A DNA stretch of 64,000 nt, taken from the NCBI GenBank assembly GCA_050012255.1, contig JBEKHN010000005.1, forward strand, positions 53,337 through 117,336, in the 5' to 3' direction. This document shows positions 60,753-64,000 of this stretch, in pieces (within the stretch, counting starts at the first letter, position 1; the number at the start of each line of letters is the position of its first letter). The notes under the pieces are model-generated. The model had not been told where the DNA came from. It made no database searches and saw only the letters and a program-made list of their open reading frames with translations. This DNA is from Candidatus Bathyarchaeia archaeon. GTDB lineage: Archaea > Thermoproteota > Bathyarchaeia > Bathyarchaeales > Bathycorpusculaceae. Made by a program: the position numbers and the translations under genes.

Positions 60753-60918
60753 ATGCTTGTTCCTAAATCCCGTTGAACAGGGAGGCATGGCGTTACTGTC
60801 ACGGTTCGAGTTGGTGCTTGCTCACACCCTCCCCCCGGGTATGCTATATGGCCCAAATATGGCTGAAGAGCAAATGAGCAGCACAAGCCACTTCCCAAAA
60901 GAATTTAGGAACGCGCTA
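60753..60918. mobile_element. MITE-like element 3 (166 bp)
   Basis: ATGCTTGTTCCTAAATCC ... GAATTTAGGAACGCGCTA; GCGCGC at 60747-60752 and 60919-60924; equals element 2 minus 18, 4 and 1 bp indels plus substitutions. Confidence 0.85.
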
Positions 60919-60948
60919 GCGCGCTACCTTAGACGTCTGGGGTGAGGC

Positions 60949-61125
60949 AGAGCGAAGAAACGAGTAGAATGTAAGCTCGAAGAGGAGCTGGTTGATCGGC
61001 ATCGATAGAGTAGCTGAGCTTCTAAAGACAAACAGGACAGACATCATCAGAAGCGCATGCATCGCATATTTGAAAAACATGGAGATGGGTGTTAAGAAGG
61101 GCTCCAAGGTTGGAGCGTCATTGTG
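60949..61125 (+). pseudogene. Frameshifted ribbon-helix-helix (CopG-like) gene remnant
   Basis: KKRVECKLE.ELVDR / IDRVAELLKTNRTDIIRSACIAYL with one extra base near 61000; no in-frame start. Confidence 0.5.
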
Positions 61126-61307
61126 ATTTCTCTGGAGTTGATTGCACCCGATATAACATCATCCTGCTTTGACTCTGCTATTTCAGCAAAAAGGTAGCGC
61201 GTGGCGCGCTAAATTACTGAGAATTTTCCCTTGAAGAGGGGCGACGAGATTTGTCTAGGTAATCGTGCCTTACTTACCTTTGACCTGGAATTTCTTGGAG
61301 GCGGGAA

Positions 61308-62495
61308 TTAATCGTGTAAGAGAAGGGAGACCGGTATCAAGATGGCGAAACCTGCACCTGTAAGAAAAAAAGTGTTCTTGATGCCCACAAACCCCATCAA
61401 CGTGCCAGCCGCCAATGGTCCAATCGTGTAGCCCAAGTCCTTGAACGTAGCGATTGCTCCAGTCATCGTGGTTTTGCGCTCACCCATTATGTCTGACATT
61501 CTTGAGTATAATGCAATGAAAATAATCGTGTAACCAATCGTGAAAGTCGTTACGGTGGCTAGTACGCAATATATGTTGTTTGAGACCGGTATCAAGACTC
61601 CAGTTAAGGCCGTTAAGGAAGCGGCTGATGCCAGTGTCTTCTTTATTCCATGTTTGTCTATCACGTTTCCAATCGGTACCTCAAGGGCGACAGCAGGCAG
61701 CAAAGCTATTGTAAGCACAACGCCTATCAGAGGAATAGACATTCCCTCACTGTTAAGAAATACCGAGAGGAATGAGTAGTATATGTTGATCAGAGCGTAA
61801 AACGCTATGATGAGATACACCGTCTTAACGAATCGCTTGTCGTGCATGTAGCTTGACAACGTGTTCATCTGGTCGTGTAAGGATGCTCTTTCGGGCCTAG
61901 GTGTCTCCTTCACATAGACTGATACCACAAAGAATGTGGCTAAACTCGTTAAACTGAGTGCGTAGAAGGGCAGGAAGAAGGAAAGAAGTGAAACAAAGCC
62001 TCCCACAACAGGGGACAAAGCCGAAGCGAGGTCATTCATGTCGGAGAAGAACCCAACTTCTTTCCCTTTTACGCTCCTTTCAGCATAAGCGAAGACGTAA
62101 GCCCACGAGGTTAGCCAGAGAAAAGACGATGCAACTCCTCTCGTAATGCTTGCCAAGAGCAGAGGGAAGAAAGTGTCTGCAACAGGATATAGCAGAGCGA
62201 GAGCAGAGTAGATGAGTAACACTATCTGCAGAACCCTTTTGATGTTCATCTTGCCCTCTATTATACTGAAGGGAATGTTGAGGAATATCCCCATCATCGT
62301 TGTCAATGAAAGAATAACGCCCGTCAAGAACAGGTTTCCAGTGACTTTTTCTACGTATATCGAAAAAACAGGGGAGGTAATTCCCCAACCGAAGGTGTAG
62401 ATGAAGAACGCGATCGAGATTGGGAAGATTACCCTTTTGAAATTGGTAATGTGCCGTAAGTCACTGAACTCCTTAAACATCTGCATCCACCACAA
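61308..62495 (-). CDS. MFS transporter
   Basis: About twelve TM; GNVIDKHGIKK motif; GYTIGP. Confidence 0.9.
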   Translation of the reverse strand: MWWMQMFKEFSDLRHITNFKRVIFPISIAFFIYTFGWGITSPVFSIYVEKVTGNLFLTGVILSLTTMMGIFLNIPFSIIEGKMNIKRVLQIVLLIYSALALLYPVADTFFPLLLASITRGVASSFLWLTSWAYVFAYAERSVKGKEVGFFSDMNDLASALSPVVGGFVSLLSFFLPFYALSLTSLATFFVVSVYVKETPRPERASLHDQMNTLSSYMHDKRFVKTVYLIIAFYALINIYYSFLSVFLNSEGMSIPLIGVVLTIALLPAVALEVPIGNVIDKHGIKKTLASAASLTALTGVLIPVSNNIYCVLATVTTFTIGYTIIFIALYSRMSDIMGERKTTMTGAIATFKDLGYTIGPLAAGTLMGFVGIKNTFFLTGAGFAILIPVSLLLHD

Positions 62496-62549
62496 TTTGA
62501 TGCTCTGTGTGAAAAAAAGATTTTCGAGACTTAGCGCGTGCAGCTCTAT

Positions 62550-62966
62550 TTATGGCGCTAGAGCGGCAACCTTCACCTGTTTTACTCCCTTCTTAGTCAT
62601 TAGGATTTGAGTGAGACTTCTTATTTCGCGAGTGTCTCCTTTGATGGCGATCATTTCAAGACACTTGTCCTCTTCCAGATGGATGTGCGTAGTTGAAGAG
62701 ATTACGTTCCTAAATTGATGCTGAGTTCTCGCGATTTCATCCAGAAGACCGGGTTTGTCCAGGTAGTACAGCACTAAGATGGCCCCTGTTATTTGTCCGG
62801 TCTCCTTTTGCATCCACTCAAACTCGCTGATGAAGCCCCTTACTGCATCATGAATTGCTTTGGAGCGGTCCTCATAATGCATTTTCTTCCAGCTTTCATC
62901 CAGTTTCTTCAGCAATGGGGGCGGAAGTGAAACACTGAACCTTGTCACCTTCATTTTCTGAGGCAA
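62550..62966 (-). CDS. nikR: NikR-family nickel-responsive regulator
   Basis: RFSVSLP...RSKAIHDAVR RHH; THIHL...CLE. Confidence 0.88.
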   Translation of the reverse strand: MPQKMKVTRFSVSLPPPLLKKLDESWKKMHYEDRSKAIHDAVRGFISEFEWMQKETGQITGAILVLYYLDKPGLLDEIARTQHQFRNVISSTTHIHLEEDKCLEMIAIKGDTREIRSLTQILMTKKGVKQVKVAALAP

Positions 62967-63016
62967 TCAATCACCTTATCGAATATTCCATCAGTTGCAG
63001 AAGGCTTTTATATGTG

Positions 63017-63044
63017 GTGTTACGAATTGGCATAATCGTAACAC
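63017..63044. promoter_or_regulatory. Putative NikR operator GTGTTACGA-N10-TCGTAACAC
   Basis: Perfect 9-10-9 (6-16-6, 28 bp) palindrome just downstream of TTTTATAT. Confidence 0.75.
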
Positions 63045-63062
63045 GTGCACCAGTGAAATATC

Positions 63063-63614
63063 ATGCCTTACTATTCAAGTCGAGAAATAGCCGCTATAGC
63101 CCTTTTTGCGGCCCTTTGGGGCGTGCTAAACTCCATCTTTTCCCCAATCGTCTTCAGAATGTTCGGGTTACCTATTCTCTGCGACATGATCGGCTTTTCA
63201 GTGCTTTCCATGACCGTGTGGTGGGTCAGAAAACCCGGAGCCACAACTCTCGTCGGGCTTATCGCGACAGCGATAAACTTCATATTCAACCCTGGCGGCG
63301 TGTTCTTTCTGGGTTTCACTGTTGCCAGTCTAGTCTTTGACGCCGTCGCTTGGATCGCGAGATACGATTCCTATTTCACGAAGGCATCTTTGACAGCGAT
63401 CTCATTGCTGTTCACTTCAGTGCTGTCAGCTGCTGTTGCGGGTCTCATTATCGGCAACTATTTCATGGCGCCGTCTGCCTTAGTCAGTTGGAGCGGGATT
63501 CTAGGATGGGCTGGGCTCCACGCAATTGGTGGTATCATAGGCGGATTCATCGGAGCAATGGTGGTTACAAGTTTGGTCGCTAGAGGTTTTCGAACAATGG
63601 GTGCAAGGAAATAG
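63063..63614 (+). CDS. ECF transporter S-component-like membrane protein
   Basis: About six TM; SSREIAAIALFAALWGVL, VRKPGA. Confidence 0.75.
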   Translation: MPYYSSREIAAIALFAALWGVLNSIFSPIVFRMFGLPILCDMIGFSVLSMTVWWVRKPGATTLVGLIATAINFIFNPGGVFFLGFTVASLVFDAVAWIARYDSYFTKASLTAISLLFTSVLSAAVAGLIIGNYFMAPSALVSWSGILGWAGLHAIGGIIGGFIGAMVVTSLVARGFRTMGARK

Positions 63615-63688
63615 AGCGCGCGTTAAGCATATAAGGGGCTCAAGATTTACTCCCAGAACCAAGGAATAACGTCTGAAAGGTGGGCATT

Positions 63689-64000
63689 TTGAGCATCCGG
63701 CTAAATCCGATAGGCTTTGTAAAAACGAGATTTGCTGGTGAAGAGATGAGAAATCAGCCGGTTGAGGAACTGGAAGCGGATATTGAAATTCTCGACGAAT
63801 ACGCCGATGGTCTGGAAGCCATTGATGGTTTTTCTCATCTGCTAATTCTCTTTTACATGCACAACATCACTGCGGAAAACAGAAAACGGCTCAAGATCAA
63901 GCCTAGAATCGTTGTCAGGTATGGACTGAACCTGGAAGAGGTCCCCTTGGTTGGAGTGTTCTGCTTGGACTCGCCTAACAGACCGAATCCTATAGGCTTG
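63689..64000 (+). CDS. trmO: TrmO/TsaA tRNA methyltransferase family (partial, runs off the window)
   Basis: My translation: LNPIGFV, GLEAIDGFSHL, GVFCLDSPNRPNPIGL. Confidence 0.88.
   Translation, partial: MSIRLNPIGFVKTRFAGEEMRNQPVEELEADIEILDEYADGLEAIDGFSHLLILFYMHNITAENRKRLKIKPRIVVRYGLNLEEVPLVGVFCLDSPNRPNPIGL

Noticed and set aside
62706-62716. GTTCCTAAATT TIR-like match inside nikR
   Set aside because: Lies in an intact CDS with no partner end or GCGCGC; probably chance.
761-63583. Many antisense or nested ORFs in the track (e.g. 2995-3576, 32779-33303, 55052-55594)
   Set aside because: Shadows of well-supported genes on the other strand or frame, with no recognisable motifs.
1-64000. CRISPR array, rRNA, intact tRNA, transposase or integrase gene
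   Set aside because: None seen; the GCGCGC motifs are only 6-10 bp with irregular spacing and no cas or recombinase ORF is present.

Overview
Archaeal chromosomal segment. GGTGA/GGAGG ribosome-binding sites, TTG/GTG starts, archaeal Lhr, MTAP and Zfx-type ferredoxin, and the TPR+Ig and DUF3795 families suggest Bathyarchaeia, which is my inference. 1-18.3 kb is an accessory, rearranged region: two PAS histidine kinases, a tRNA-Gln 3' fragment, tiny ORFs, several gene fragments, a 1096-aa TPR/Ig protein, duplicated DUF3795 genes and a type IIG restriction-modification gene. 19-34 kb carries Lhr, purine salvage (apt, MTAP), an NHL surface protein with a PEF-CTERM-like tail, an ABC-2 exporter, ldh and nth. 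34.6-54 kb is a large thiol/redox/Fe-S cluster: FTR-rubredoxin, glutaredoxin, disulfide reductase, SOD, Zn-ferredoxin, tusA-iscS-iscU, thioredoxin, rubrerythrin, HtrA, a group 3 NiFe hydrogenase and flavodoxin. The end has tldD/pmbA, an MFS permease, nikR with a NikR-geometry operator in front of an ECF S-component-like gene, and partial trmO. The most striking unexplained signal is a GCGCGC(GC)TA motif at about 25 intergenic or junction positions (manual count). It coincides with the breakpoints of at least three truncated genes and flanks both sides of three MITE-like elements that share terminal inverted repeats. This points to a GCGCGC-targeted mobile/rearrangement system whose enzyme is not encoded in the window. 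All family assignments are motif recognition by eye; no database searches were run.
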